A stretch of 64,000 bases of DNA from Octopus sinensis (GCF_006345805.1 NC_042997.1:107632001-107696000), one strand, 5' to 3'; shown: positions 48,297 to 61,550, counted from the stretch's first letter. Numbers and translations are program-made. The notes: generated from the letters alone by a model not told the origin.

Positions 48297-50415
48297 CTGG
48301 AAAATAACAAGAATTTACAGGAGTTAGCTTAACACTGGTATTAACAGTCAGCCATGCACCACTCCACATATCATATTTGTTTTAACTATGAGATATTTTA
48401 CTGAAATGTGGTTTTACATTTTAATTTCCATTCTTTTTTACCAAAATATACTTTTATTGTTATATGGATGTTATCTTTTCAATTTCGTTCCCCTCTTCAC
48501 ATTCTAGCATGACCTGAGCATCTGTAGATATCATGTGACGGCGAATAGGTAGTATCATCAATAGGTGTAAAAATAGTTCCAGTGTGAGATGAAATGGCTA
48601 AATTCTAGAAGAACAATGAGTACTTGACATTTCCACTGCCATTAAACAACTTACAATGTCCAACAACTGAATATGGGGGACAAACAGAAAATTCCTGCTG
48701 AATTTGGAATGCCACCATTTTAACAATGATACCAACCAAAGACTAATAACACCAGTAAAACCAAAAAAAAAAAAAATATAATAATAAAAACATTTGCACC
48801 AATAAAGCTATTCTATGATGAAATTTTTGTTCACCAACATGTGACAATCACCACAGAGATCAATTCTTAACAAGTTGTGTAGCACCATCACTCTCCTCCC
48901 TCCTCACCACTGCATCCCTCTCCCTTCGCCAGACGTTATTATAACAGTAACTTTATAGAGGGAGACTGTAAGTGGTCAAACGACCTGCTAGAAATAGCAA
49001 CCAAATCTTTCTTAAATCCTGTCTTTTTATTTTAAATGAGGACAAGGTACATTCAATATTGTATTTCTAGACAGAGCAGTCACGACTAGACAGCCTTTTA
49101 TCACAGGTCTGCTTTATCAGGCTTAACTTAGTGGACTAAGCGACATGACTTGGATCCCTTTGTAGAAATATCTGTTTAAGACACATTAGCGAGTCACCAA
49201 TGAGGTCAGCTGGATTAAGAGGGAAAAGGGACGGAACTTCGTTACTTATATTGTCAAAATAAAGTATTTTTGGCGATCATTTGGTATTGGTCTATTTCGT
49301 GTCGGTATGAGGAAACACCCTCGTTTGCAGCCAAGCCTTTTTTATTTATGCTATGAGGGAAGGTTGTGTGGGTGAATGATGTCTACCAATACCGAAGGAT
49401 TGCCTATTTTTAATTACTGTTGCCCCATCTGTTTAATTTTTAAAAACACTATAGCAATTATTGATTGCTGTCATAAGTGAGGTTGTCCACTACTCCTGTT
49501 TTTCATTCCTCTAAGCGCCAACAAATTAAGTTCTAAGGATCATTAAATCGAATTATATTCTTTCCCAAAATTCGTGACTTTAATGGGTGGTGGGTGGCAG
49601 ACTCGGTAGAGTACTGAGCAGTGTTTAGATAGCCTCGGTACTGAGATCGATTCGAGAGGAATGTTTACCTGTTCCTTACAAACGTGAGACCCAAGTACCA
49701 AAGTTAGAACTCACCATTGTTGCAGTAGTGTCTGAGATCGATTTAATTAACTGCAACCCAACCCCAGAAACGAGTGGTTTTGTAGAAAACTTGAATAAAA
49801 TTATTATTAGTGATGAGTGAATAACAAAGAGAAAATGGTTGGCAGATGAGGATGTAAGAACTGTCGAACAAGCGTAGCACGTTGTTTATTTAGGTTTGTT
49901 CGTTGTTTTGGTTCCAAATTCAAGCTCCATCACCTTAATTCTACCTTTCGGACCTCCACACTCAATCGAACATCGATAAACGAATTTTTAATTCAAATAA
50001 TTGCAGGTGCCATCACTATTAAAGTTGGCTTGGTAGTAAGTTAAAAATTATCATCATTATCATCATTATAAGGTGAAATAAATCCAGATTCCAAGATTAT
50101 ATCAATCAAATGTGATCAAAATATACACCCGATGAATATATTAAGCATAAACTGATTTCAAGCTCCTGTTGTTTATATCGGGGACTTCAACAATTGCAAC
50201 AAAAAAAATTAATTAAATTAAATTAAACATAAAAATCGATGACCAATATTAAAGCAGATAACTTAAAAACAGCCGATTATAAAAACAGAAAATATATATA
50301 ATAATATCTAAACAATGATATGAGATATTTGTGGTCAGCTGAGAAAATATTTGAGAAAAGAAGGCGGAAACCTGAAAGAGAAATATTTGAACAGAAAAGA
50401 GAGAGGTGTGTATAC

Positions 50416-50574
50416 TTCGAGTGAACAATCGACTTTGAGGTATTCCACATAATCGGATATTAATTGTTCTGTAAAGACTGTCGAAGGGGTTTCTTTAATT
50501 GTTGTTGATGTTGTTGTGCCGCCGGTGCCGCCGCCGCCCGGCTCCGCCTCCGACGATGTTGTTTGCGAGGACAT
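50416..50574 (-). CDS. BLOC1S4: BLOC-1 subunit 4, exon 1 (start codon)
   Basis: ATG at 50574 with an in-frame TAA upstream. MSSQTTSSEAEPGGGG...EQLISDYVEYLKVDCSLE, donor gtatac (weak). Locally CpG-rich. Phase 0 fits exon 2. Confidence 0.8.
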
Positions 50575-50909
50575 AACCACGACCACCACTTAAACTGTAC
50601 TCCAGGCCAAGAAGAGTTACACACACACACACAGCGACTAATTAACTCCACGTCAGAAGAGTTACACATGGCGACTGCTTCATTCATCTTCTGTCGATTT
50701 CTTTTTAAACAATCAATCTCTCTCTCCGTCTAAACGCTCGTAATTCCAGTCACATTTAGGATGGTTCATATTTATATTCAGTCTCTTCCAGTATATCACT
50801 GGAAATATATTTTACTGACCCCAGAACGATGTAAGCATCGTTCTTGGAGCAATAAATAAATGTCCTCCACGCATACAGACTTTCAGTTAATATTAATACC
50901 AAATAAATG

Positions 50910-51130
50910 AAAGTGGCGAGCTGGCAGAAACGTTAGCTCGCCAGGCGAAATGCGTAGCCGTATTTCGTCTGCCGCTACGTTCTGAGTTCAAATTCCGCCA
51001 AGGTCGACTTTGCCTTTCATCCTTTTTGGGGTCGATAAATTAAGTACCAGTTATGCACTGGGGTCAATATAATCGACTTGATCCCTTTGTCTGTCCTTCT
51101 TTGCCCCCTCTGTGTATAGAAAAGAAATGA
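50910..51130 (+). mobile_element. tRNA-derived SINE upstream of BLOC1S4
   Basis: aagtggcgagctggcagaaacgttagc...gagttcaaattccgcc...; same family as 42733. Confidence 0.9.
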
Positions 51131-52846
51131 TCATTATAGAATAAATTCTTACTAACACCAATCAGTTCTTTCTTTTTTAATCCCAAAGCAGAATGAATCA
51201 AGCAGACCCATAATCAATGGCCTTCTGGTTGTAATCATCCCATTTTTTAATGAATTTATAATCAGTCATAGAGTGTCTGGAACTGCATCATCCAATGTGT
51301 CCTGTTTTTAAGGTGACAGAGTGAGATCTGAGAGATATTTGCCTGCCATTTCTAGGAGTTCACTTGTGTGTGTGTGTTTGTGTGTCTAAGATATCTACTT
51401 TACCTTTGTTCCAGCTGACTATAAAATGCTTCTTCATTCATTATTGGCTACGATACATACCTGTGCAACCTAATTAACTATGCAGGTGACTCTGCCATTT
51501 CCCACTCTGTAAGATTTCCAAGCATCTCCAGGGGAGTTCTTAATGGACCAGGGGGCTTTCCTTTTCTTCAGATTCTTAATTGCTTTATCTCCCATACTAC
51601 TTCCAAGTTGGAAAGCTGGTCCTACAGTTGAGACCAGCTATCCAAGTTGACAGTCGAATGCTAACGAGACCCTCTTTCTCCATGTTTAATAGTCCTTTCA
51701 AGTAGCCCTTCTATGCTGTTTTCTTTTCAGAAGCCCTCAATAGGTTGCTTTGAGTCCAGTTCTTCTCTAAGTTATATGTCTCTATCTCCTGCTTTTCATC
51801 CGTATTTATTTTTATTTATGAGGAATAGGTTGACAGTAACTGTGAAGTTTCAATTAACATGCTGTCATCAAACTTTATATATACTGTTTTTGGCAAGGAT
51901 GCCTCCATTTGATTGGTGGAGCAACACATATGAAAACAACCACTTACTCCTCACCTAAAATACATTACTCCACCCATTAAAAGCAGTATGCCTTTCCTGC
52001 CACCAACCCAGGCATGTTTTTAAGTAAGGTAATATTTCCCTATGACTAGACATGCTTATGTAGAATACTGGAAATGAATGGCACTGCTTGTATGACTGTA
52101 ACACTCTTCTACAATTACCATGTGATGTCAAGACAAAACACATACATACAAACACACACACACATATACCATCATCACTTAATGTCCATTTTCCATGCTG
52201 GCATAGGTTACATGATTCGACCGGAGCTGGAAAGACTAGGGGCCACACCAGGTGCCATTGTCTGTTTTGGCTTGATTTCTACAAAGCTGGAATGCCAAGC
52301 ACTTTACAGAGTGTACTGGGTGCTTTTTATGTGGCACCACCATATGAACACAGAAGACTGAAGAATTATACATTTTAATTAGCTTATATGCAGGGATTAC
52401 ATAATTCTGCAATCAATCATGTATATTAATCAATTAAATATGCATGATTAATAAATTGCAGGATTATGTAATACTAGCATATCTGAAATGTTTGTAAGCT
52501 GATTAAAATAATTCTTCATTCTTTTGCATTTTTGTACTACACTCTGTGATGTTATACTGAATTTATTCAGCTTATGAACTTTAGATTTACAAATTGGACA
52601 TGTAGTAACATGTAAATTTATGTGCTGTGTGGATTACGATGATTTTCACTGGCCAATTTGATTAGCAAGATTTGACTCCTATAGATTGCCTAAAAAGCAT
52701 TCACCTGGATTTCTAATCCCTTTCTTTTGCATATGTGTGTGTGTGTATATATATATATATGAGATGACGAATGTTCATTCTGATTGAACTAGTACTTTCA
52801 TGCATTAAATTCTGCAATCTTCAGGTTCATGTAGTAGTGGTGACAG

Positions 52847-52879
<33 letters not shown>

Positions 52880-52880
<1 letters not shown>

Positions 52881-53573
52881 GCCAGTCCCACCAGACTGGT
52901 TCCTGTGCTGGTGGTACATAAAATGTACCATATGAACATGGCTGATGCCAGACCCACCGGACAGGCTCCCGTGCCGGTGGCATGTAAAGAGCACCATTCG
53001 AGCATGGTCAATACTAGTACTGCCTGACTGGCTTCTGTACTGGTGGCATGTAAAATGCATCCACTATACTCTCGGAGTGGTATCCAGCTGCAGAAACTTT
53101 GCCAGATCAGAGTGGAACCTGGCACAGCCTTCTGGCTTGCCAGTCCTCAGTCAAACTGTCCAACCCATACCAGCATGGAAAGCAGACGTTAGATGGTGAT
53201 GATATATATATATATATATATATATATGCCAGTCCCACCAGACTGGTTCCTGTGCTGGTGGTACATAAAATGTACCATATGAACATGGCTGATGCCAGAC
53301 CCACCGGACAGGCTCCCGTGCCGGTGGCATGTAAAGAGCACCATTCGAGCATGGTCAATACTAGTACTGCCTGACTGGCTTCTGTACTGGTGGCATGTAA
53401 AATGCATCCACTATACTCTCGGAGTGGTATCCAGCTGCAGAAACTTTGCCAGATCAGAGTGGAACCTGGCACAGCCTTCTGGCTTGCCAGTCCTCAGTCA
53501 AACTGTCCAACCCATACCAGCATGGAAAGCAGACGTTAGATGGTGATGATATATATATATATATATATATATA
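52880..53573 (+). repeat. 347-bp tandem duplication of an RTE 3' tail plus (TA)n
   Basis: Units start at about 52881 and 53228. Identical predicted ORFs are offset by 347 (52945/53292). Confidence 0.92.
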
Positions 53574-53945
53574 GGTATAATTGTGTGGTTAAGATGTTCG
53601 CTTCTCAACCATGCAGGCTTGGGTTCAGTTCCACTGCATAGCACCTAAAGCAAGTGTCTTCTATCAGAGGGCCAACCAAGGCCTTACAGTAAGTTTTGGT
53701 AAGATGTAAACTGAAAACCCATTGTGTATGTGTGATGACTTCGTGTGACAATTATAGACAAGCATCACTGCCATACCCGTGATATTCATTTCCAGTCTTC
53801 CATGGAAAGCATGTCTGGTCATGTGACCTTATTTGAAACGGGGTCATGGTTGGCTACAGGAAGGCCATCCAGCTATAGAAAATCTGCCTCACCAAATTTT
53901 TCCTGACCCATGCAAGCATGGAAAAGTGAATATTAAATGATAATT
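53573..53945 (+). mobile_element. SINE with tRNA-like head and RTE-like 3' tail
   Basis: Head tgtgtggttaag...gggttcagttcc. Tail ggttggctacaggaaggccatccagctatagaaa...acccatgcaagcatggaaaag. Confidence 0.7.
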
Positions 53946-56900
53946 GTGATGCTTGTAATGTATATGTTATCAAAATAAAGTCAGAAATTGTCGAATATGC
54001 TCAAAACTCATTTCTTTCAAGTGTTGGGGGTTTTAAGAATCTAAGGTAACCAGTCTGAAAAGTAATATTAATAAATTACAGCCCACATTTTTTCAATTTG
54101 GCTCTTTGAAAATTCTTCCAAATTTGTTTTAAACATCTGAGATCATGGCTCTTGAAACAAAAGTCAAAATTTAGATAACTAGAATGTTTAGGGAGCTAAA
54201 TTGCTTTTTAACTTATTTTTCTTGCAGACACAGCCAAAAAATTAGTTTTTGAGCAGGAATGCTTATACAGATCTTGAAATTTCTCAGTGCAAAATAATAT
54301 TTTCAACTAAATATGCTATCATCTTATATACTAAGATACAATTCAAACTGTACAAAGAGATGCAGTGATGTTATAAACTTTCAATCTTGCTTTTGTCTTC
54401 ATATCTTTTCTCTTCCCAACATTTTTTTTTTTTTGCATTTCAACTTTCTTCCCACTTCTTAATCTCCTCTCATTATCACTTTATTAATTCAACTATTTGC
54501 ACCTCTTTTTCTTTCTATCTTTATTAACACCATCACTGCAACCACTGACTGTGAGATTTCTCACTTTTGAATTCATAGAAATTAAGTCCAATGCAACCCC
54601 CACTTGATACGTTTTATCCATTCCAGTTTACATCCGTAGCGGTATCTGACATCCTCACTGTTTGAGATACGGCAGGAATGATCTCGTTTGAGATTAAAGC
54701 CAACCAATCACAGCCTTCGGTAAGGTCTCATGACACCCTTTTTCCTAGGCGCTATTGAGCCATCTTTCTTGTATAAATAGGCTTGCATTTTCCTATTCTT
54801 TGTCTTTCGACTCCAGACCTTTTAAGGTCTAGTCACTGACCACAGAGCTACTCAACATGTCCCAGTTCCAGCGACAGACGACGACGCCAACCGGCTTGTC
54901 ATCATTCATATATATTCTGTTAACACTGTATTGTATAAATTGTATTATGGCTTATCTTATTTCGTTAGGGATGCGACCGTGTGACTTACGCATGTCACCA
55001 ACCTCATCACATATGGTCATATTCCTACACATCCATCAAAGCAAAATTTTGCTGCCACATACCACCTCCGCTTCAATTGATATACACCATTGACCACGTT
55101 TCCACACATGTTCACCACTCACTGCATCTCTGACATTCTCCTTCCAACATATTTGCAAGCATACTTATCAACTCAAACATACTGTCCAATCCTCAATATC
55201 ACTTATTTTATATTCATCTTCCTGTAACTTGAGGTTATTCTCTGACACATCTCTCCCTTTTCTAATAGGTGTAACCAATGTATTTTCTCCCTGATAGCAA
55301 GATACTTGCTTCAGACCCTCTGTCATACCTTAACTGCTCAACACCCGGCATTGCTTCACCCTTTTAATTGCACGTGGGAGGGTGGTTCTTGTCTTGCAAG
55401 TTATTTGGTGACCTAACTGTACTGGTACCACATAAAAAGCAGCCAGTACAGTCTGAAATATGTTGGTTTTAGGAAAGGCATCCAGCTGCAGAAAACCTAC
55501 CGAAACAGAGTTTGATTCTGTCTTCTGTCAACCAACCCAACTCATGCCAGCAAAGAAGAAAGACAAATAGGGACAATGACACACACATCTTTCACACAGT
55601 TGCTTAGGAACACACTTCACAGAAAATGAGAAAAACAAACAGTAAAACATTTTTATTTCCAACAGAATTTAATGTACAAAATTAGAATACAGGGGAAAAG
55701 TAATATGAAAATGATCAACAACTCAAACTCTATGTGTGTGTGTGTGTTCATATCTGCTGCATGATGAAGAATTGTTATCAAGTAAGGAAAGGGAGACAAC
55801 AACTGCAGACACGATTTCTTATCTCTTCAGTGAAGCAAAGCAAATTTTGGGTTTTGGTCATTTTTTTTTCTTTAACAAGACTTAAAAGCAAGACTCAAAT
55901 GAAGAAGGCTTAAAAAAAAAACCAACTACTTTGTTTTACATAACATTTAGTTTTGGATTTTATACCTAAACTAAACTAAAAAGTGGATTATATTCTCAAC
56001 AGATTCCAGAAATATTTTCACCTGTGACTGAAATTTGATTGAGAATTACAAAATATATTAGATCAGTAGTTTCATTCTGTATACACCTTCTTGCCTATAT
56101 ATAACCATAGCCATCACTCTCACAAACAAGTATGGCTTGGGAGTATGTACCATACTTTCACTAATTGGTTAAAGTGCCTTTATAACCATAAGCAGATACA
56201 GACAGAAAACTATTGGCTCTTCCGTTCTTCATCCAATTGAACACTGAAGATTTGACAGCTTAAGGGAGAGAACCAACTTAGTCCAAAACTGGTACACAAT
56301 GCCAGTCAATGAAAGGAAGTGCCTTACCCAAGGACACACCATGTCACCTGCTCCAAGAATCAATCAAATCTGACCTTATAATAAACCCAATTCCTTGACC
56401 ATTAGGCCATGCACCTCCACTTTGTTGCTAAGAAGGAATGCATTCACTGCCTTTGTGAGTTCTATGATATCAAAGAAATTTTGACACAGATTTTACAAAA
56501 CTTCTTCCACAAGGTAACTATTTCCAGAAGCAAGAATTGTAACCATGGAAACCAGTGCCATCAATGTTCCTTAAAGCAGAGTTGGTTGCAGTCATGATAA
56601 CTCTTCAAAAATTTGTTAGGATACAAGGAGTGACACTGAGAGCTCCAGAGGTGGCACCAGCTGCTAGTCCCCAGTTTGGCTGAAACAGATCCTTTCGAAA
56701 CAGTGATTCAGATATTTGTTGATACTGCAGTGAATCATAGTCCTGAATCATATAACACAGCATCATTTGGACATCAGATGATGATGATGATGAACAGATA
56801 TTGTTAAGGTTACAAGTCCTATCTGCCACCAAGCGAGTCCTATGGTTGTTCTCAAGAAAACAAATGGATCTGGAATTTTCACTGAAATGTAAAAAGGGAA

Positions 56901-57888
56901 CGAGGCCATCCAAAGGGAGATGCATTCCATACCAACCGCTGATGACTTTTTCACTCATCTACAGTTGTCAGTAAGTTGGATCAATCAAGCACATACTATC
57001 AGCTCAAACTGGAGGGAAAATAAATGTCCTATCCATTTATCTACGTATAGACACACACACACACACACATCAATCTGTCTATCAATCTAAAGTTTTTATC
57101 ATTGTATCTTCCACTCCATTTATCTACTGACAATATGATGTGGTTTAGCATTAAAACCTGTAACAACAACAGCTCAACTGTTATTGTTTCTTGTTGGCCA
57201 CATCATCTTATCAACCAACAAAGAAAGGCATTTAACTGCTGCTCGAGATATTCCAATGCATTGTATACACCTGTCAAGAGAACAGTGATAGCAGAACATG
57301 CTGGCCATCAAATCACATGTAACAACTCATTCTTCAGGTGTGTATAAGAAGACATCAACCCTTCTGAAGAAGAAAATGGAGTAGGTGAACCAACGATTGA
57401 CCGATGAACTGTTGTCAACGACAGCTAAGAACCTAATCCCAATGACATTGCAGATTTCATTACATTTTTCAAACAATATTCAAGAAGTTTGCATAAAACC
57501 TTTTGCATTCAATTGAAGTTTCATTGGAAATTCCATAACTTTAATTTTTCATTGGTGGGAGGAAGAAAAAAAAAAACATTTCTCAACAAAGAGAAGATTG
57601 TAATTTTAATTTAGGCAGCAACAATTAAAATAATGAATTCCTTTTGTCTGCAAGTGGAGGGACATAGTGAAACAGTTTACAATTGATACTGAGGTCAACC
57701 GAGAAGAAGAAGCTGGCTAAGCCTTGTTTTCCATCGTTACACAGGAAATCTTTCCAACTCAAAAATGGTGAAGAACTGCAGTGGAGAGTTCAAAGAATAT
57801 GGAGTGTGCTGATATGACAGGAAGAATAATTAGAACAGTATTAAAGACATCCATGGAACATAGATGTTAAATGATGCTGATAATTCAT

Positions 57889-57899
57889 TCAGTCCTCAC
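57889..57899 (-). CDS. ORC6: Candidate ORC6 terminal coding micro-exon ((S)ED*) followed by 3' UTR
   Basis: Good acceptor (ttctatttgtattgtcttccag). The phase matches the gtaagt donor at 60117. Unconfirmed. Confidence 0.4.
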
Positions 57900-58019
57900 C
57901 TGGAAGACAATACAAATAGAAATGAGAATATTTCCAATTATGGAGGAGATAAAAAGACAAAAAAACTTCAAATACAAATATTAAGCTTTAATCGTTATCA
58001 TGTGTCCATGCTGCCAACA

Positions 58020-58635
58020 AAGCACACGGAGTTCTGTTTTTGATTCGACGGTCATTCGGAATGCTCACAGCAGCCATATTCCTACCGCTCTATGTCACGC
58101 TGGTGAGACCCATATTGGAGTACAGGATTCAAGCCTCTTCTCCTTATCTCCTCAAAGACATACATCATCTTGAAAGAGTCCAGAAGCTGGCTACCCACAT
58201 GGTTCTTGGTCTCAAGCATTTGTCCTATGAAGAAAGGCTGAAGACGCTTGACCATTATTCTCTAGAAAAACGACGATGCCGTGGTGATCTTATTCATGCT
58301 CACAACATCATAAGCAGAAAGTGTAACCTCTCAAAAGAGCTGTTCTTCACTCCTGCTCCAGAGCGTTGGCTGTGAGGCCACTCCGAAAAGCTCTATCTGC
58401 AACGATTTCATCTCAATCGGAGGAGAGGGGCTTTCTCTGTCCGGGTTGCAGATCCGTGGAATAAGCTGCCTGACGAGATAGTGAAGATGCCGACGACCGC
58501 TCAGTTCAAAGTCCCTCTTGACCAGAAATGGCCTGAACTCTTTGCATGAACACCCTCCCTGTACATAACTCCATGTTCCCCTACATGGCCTTGCTTTTTG
58601 CTTTTTGAGCAAAAAAATTAACTTAACTTAAATTC
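58020..58635 (+). mobile_element. CR1-clade LINE 3' fragment
   Basis: LYVTLVRPILEY...LERVQKLAT...LSYEERLK...LEKRRCRGDLI; RGAFSVRVADPWNKLP; (aactt)n tail. Confidence 0.9.
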
Positions 58636-58914
58636 TACTTAAGATATAATACACACACACACACACACGTCTCCTGCAACCAAGTTATAGTTAGCAATCC
58701 ACATAAATACATATACTATACATATATACATACATATACACATATATATATACATACAGATATATACATATATATACATACATACATATATATATACATA
58801 CAGATATATACATATATATACATACATACATATATATATACATACAGATATATACATATATATACATACATACATATACGTATATATATACATACATATA
58901 TACACATATATACA

Positions 58915-59965
58915 TCATCATTTAGCGTCCGCTTTCCATGCTAGCATGGGTCAGACGGTTCAACTGGGGTCTGGGAAGCCAGAAGGCTGCACAAGGCCCA
59001 GTCTGATTTGGCAATGTTTCTACGGCTGGATGCCCTTCCTAACGCCAACCATTCCGAGAGTGTAGTGGGTGCTTTTTACGTGCCACTGGCACGGAGGCCA
59101 GTCAGGGCAGCGCTGGCAACAGCCACGTTCGGATGGTTCTCTTACATGCCACCGGTACTGGTATCACAGCTACAATTTCCATTGATGTTGATCATTTTGA
59201 TACATACACACACACATACATACATACACACATACATATATACATATTGTTTCTAGAATAAGAATAGGATGAAGTTCAGAGAGTTACTACTTCTGATGGC
59301 AACACAAGGACTCTCACTCAGAGTGAAAGGTAGAATGTATGATACTTGTGTGAGAACGGTTAGACTACATGGTACTGAGATATTTGCAAAATTGGAGTCA
59401 ATGAACGACAAAGCAGAACTGTGTTGAGTATAAGAGGGATTAAATGTAGAACGCTGATGCCAGTGCTGCCTGACTGGCTCCTGGACTGGTGACACATAAA
59501 AAGCACCTACTACACTCTTGGAGTGGTTGACATTAGGAAGGGCATCTAGCTGTAGATACATTGCCAGATCAGATTGGAGCCTGGCGCGGCCTCCTGGCTT
59601 ATCAGTCCCCAGTCAAACCATCCAATCCATGCCAGCATGGAAAACGGACATTAGATGATGATGATGGAATGGGAGCCAGACAGGTGGACCTGGCATTGAC
59701 CACATTCGGTTGGTGCTTTTTACGTGCCACTAGCATGGGAACCAGTCATGGGACACTGACCCCAGCTATGATATTGGTTTTACTTGACTCAACAGGTCTT
59801 CTCAAGCATATCATGTCACCCAATGTGCCAGGGGTATCCTTAACAGAGACGGACATGCAAGGCTGTGATCTCACTGTAGTTGCTGGGCTTTCTCAATCGC
59901 AGCATGTCTCCAAAGGTCCCAACCTCCTGTCATTGCCGCTGTGAAGCCCGATGTTTGAAGGTCAT
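58915..59965. mobile_element. Cluster of RTE (GAT)n-family fragments in both orientations
   Basis: Minus tail at 58915-59195, plus fragment and tail at 59270-59670, minus fragment at 59670-59965. Confidence 0.75.
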
Positions 59966-60117
59966 ACTTTATATATACATATATAAAACATGTAATGCTA
60001 ATAAACAGCTTTATACAACAAAAATATAATTCTGAAACTGGATCAAGACATTAAAAATAAAAAGAATACAAAAAAAAAAATTAAATAAAATCCTCTTTTA
60101 CAAATTGTAAGACTTAC

Positions 60118-60222
60118 TTTCTGCTTTTGTTGCTGTTTCTAAAATTTTTCGCTTCCATTCTTCATAATTAAGAGCTGGTTCTTTAGTTTCAATCAATGCT
60201 TTCTTAGAAGTTGGTTCAAATT
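60118..60222 (-). CDS. ORC6: Origin recognition complex subunit 6, C-terminal exon
   Basis: Acceptor ttttag, then (E)FEPTSKKALIETKEPALNYEEWKRKILETATKAE. Matches the conserved metazoan ORC6 C-terminal helix YEEWKRKILE (recalled from the human sequence). Donor gtaagt, or read-through to a stop at 60098. Confidence 0.92.
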
Positions 60223-60787
60223 CTAAAAATTAAACCAATCACAAAAAACATCAAACCAAAAATTGCATGAAAGTGAAAATAATATTGGTCTGAAACTGAA
60301 ATTGACAGAGAGAACTAGATTTTAAGCTTATGTGGCCAATACTTAAATCTTTGATGTGTGACACATGCAGAGAGTAGGTGTAGCAGCAGAGAAGCACAAG
60401 AATTGATGTCAAACAAAGAAATAGGGCGGGGGGAGGCTTTCAGTCATAGCAGCAATACAAGGGAGCCATATAAGTCTTGACTATTTTAGGAATCACGTTT
60501 CCTTTGCATTGCTTAATCTCTGATGTACAACCGTGTTCTTACGTAGCTCCAAGTTGGTCCTGATTGAGCAGGTTGAAGGGATATGGACAATTGGCTAAAC
60601 AACGAGGCAGACCTTTTGGCTTGATCTTCTCCAGTTGTAACGAAGATTTTGTCAAGGTGAGGATCAGACTAAATACCCTGAGATGCAAATATGAAACCAT
60701 TTTAATGAGTCACAACTCCATGCTGCAGATTCAGGGTTCAAACAACAGCTCAGTTACAGAAGAAACTAAGAATTGTAAGTCTTTTAC

Positions 60788-60856
60788 CTCTGGATTTTGC
60801 ATCAATTTCTTCAATAAAATTACGATGTTTCTTCCGCACAACTACTTTTTCTTCAC
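60788..60856 (-). CDS. ORC6: ORC6 internal exon
   Basis: Acceptor ttttcag, (S)EEKVVVRKKHRNFIEEIDAKSR, donor gtaaaa. Phase 1 at both ends fits the neighbouring exons. Confidence 0.8.
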
Positions 60857-60959
60857 CTGAAAAAGAAAAGAAACAATACTGAAATTAGTTTTGTCTTAGA
60901 ATAACGTCTGCAGAATCAGAATAGAAATTTAGGCAAAGGTCGTTGTAAGCAGACAAGAT

Positions 60960-61550
60960 TCATCATCATCATTTAACGTCCGCTTTCCCTGCTGTCATGG
61001 GTTGGATGGCTTGACTGAGGACTGGCAAGCCAGGAGGATGCCCCAGGCTCCAATCTGATCTGGTAAGGTTTCTAAAGTTGGATGCCCTTCCTAATGCCAA
61101 CCACTCTGAGAGTGTAGTGGGTGCTTTTTACGTCCCACCAGCATGGGAGCCAGTCAGGGTGCACTGGCATCAACCGAGTTTGGATGGTGTGTTTTAAGTG
61201 CCACCGGCATGGGGAGTCAGTCAGGCAGACCTGGCATCAACCCACACTTGAATGGTGCTTATTACATGCCACCAGCATGGGTGCCAGTCAGGCAGCACAG
61301 GCCACGATTTTGAGTTCACTTGACTCAACAGGTCTTCTCAAGCACATCAAATTGCCTGACGCTTCAAGAGTACTTTAATATGGGTTGGTTATGCAACACT
61401 GGCATCGGCCATGGCTGCAATCTGATTTGACTTGCCAGGTCTTCTCAATCACAGAATATTTCCAAAGGCCTCAGTCTCTTGTCATTGCCTCTGTAAGGCC
61501 CAATGTTCAAAGGTCATGCTTCACTTCCTCACCCCAGATCTTCCTGGGTT
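60960..61550 (-). mobile_element. RTE (GAT)n-family 3' end (intronic)
   Basis: (CAT)n tail, about four 3' UTR modules and the ORF end. Confidence 0.85.

Noticed and set aside
49100-49800. Possible intronic snoRNA or tRNA in BLOC1S4 intron 1
   Set aside because: No complete C/D or H/ACA box set with a terminal stem. The tRNA-like part at about 49590-49750 looks like a decayed SINE head.
50910-51000. tRNA gene
   Set aside because: The A/B-box-like head continues into the SINE body shared with other copies, and no cloverleaf is complete.
56605-56958. 117-aa minus-strand ORF and an overlapping hydrophobic 63-aa ORF
   Set aside because: No ATG start for the long frame, no recognisable family and no convincing splice sites. 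More likely 3' UTR or intergenic sequence downstream of ORC6.
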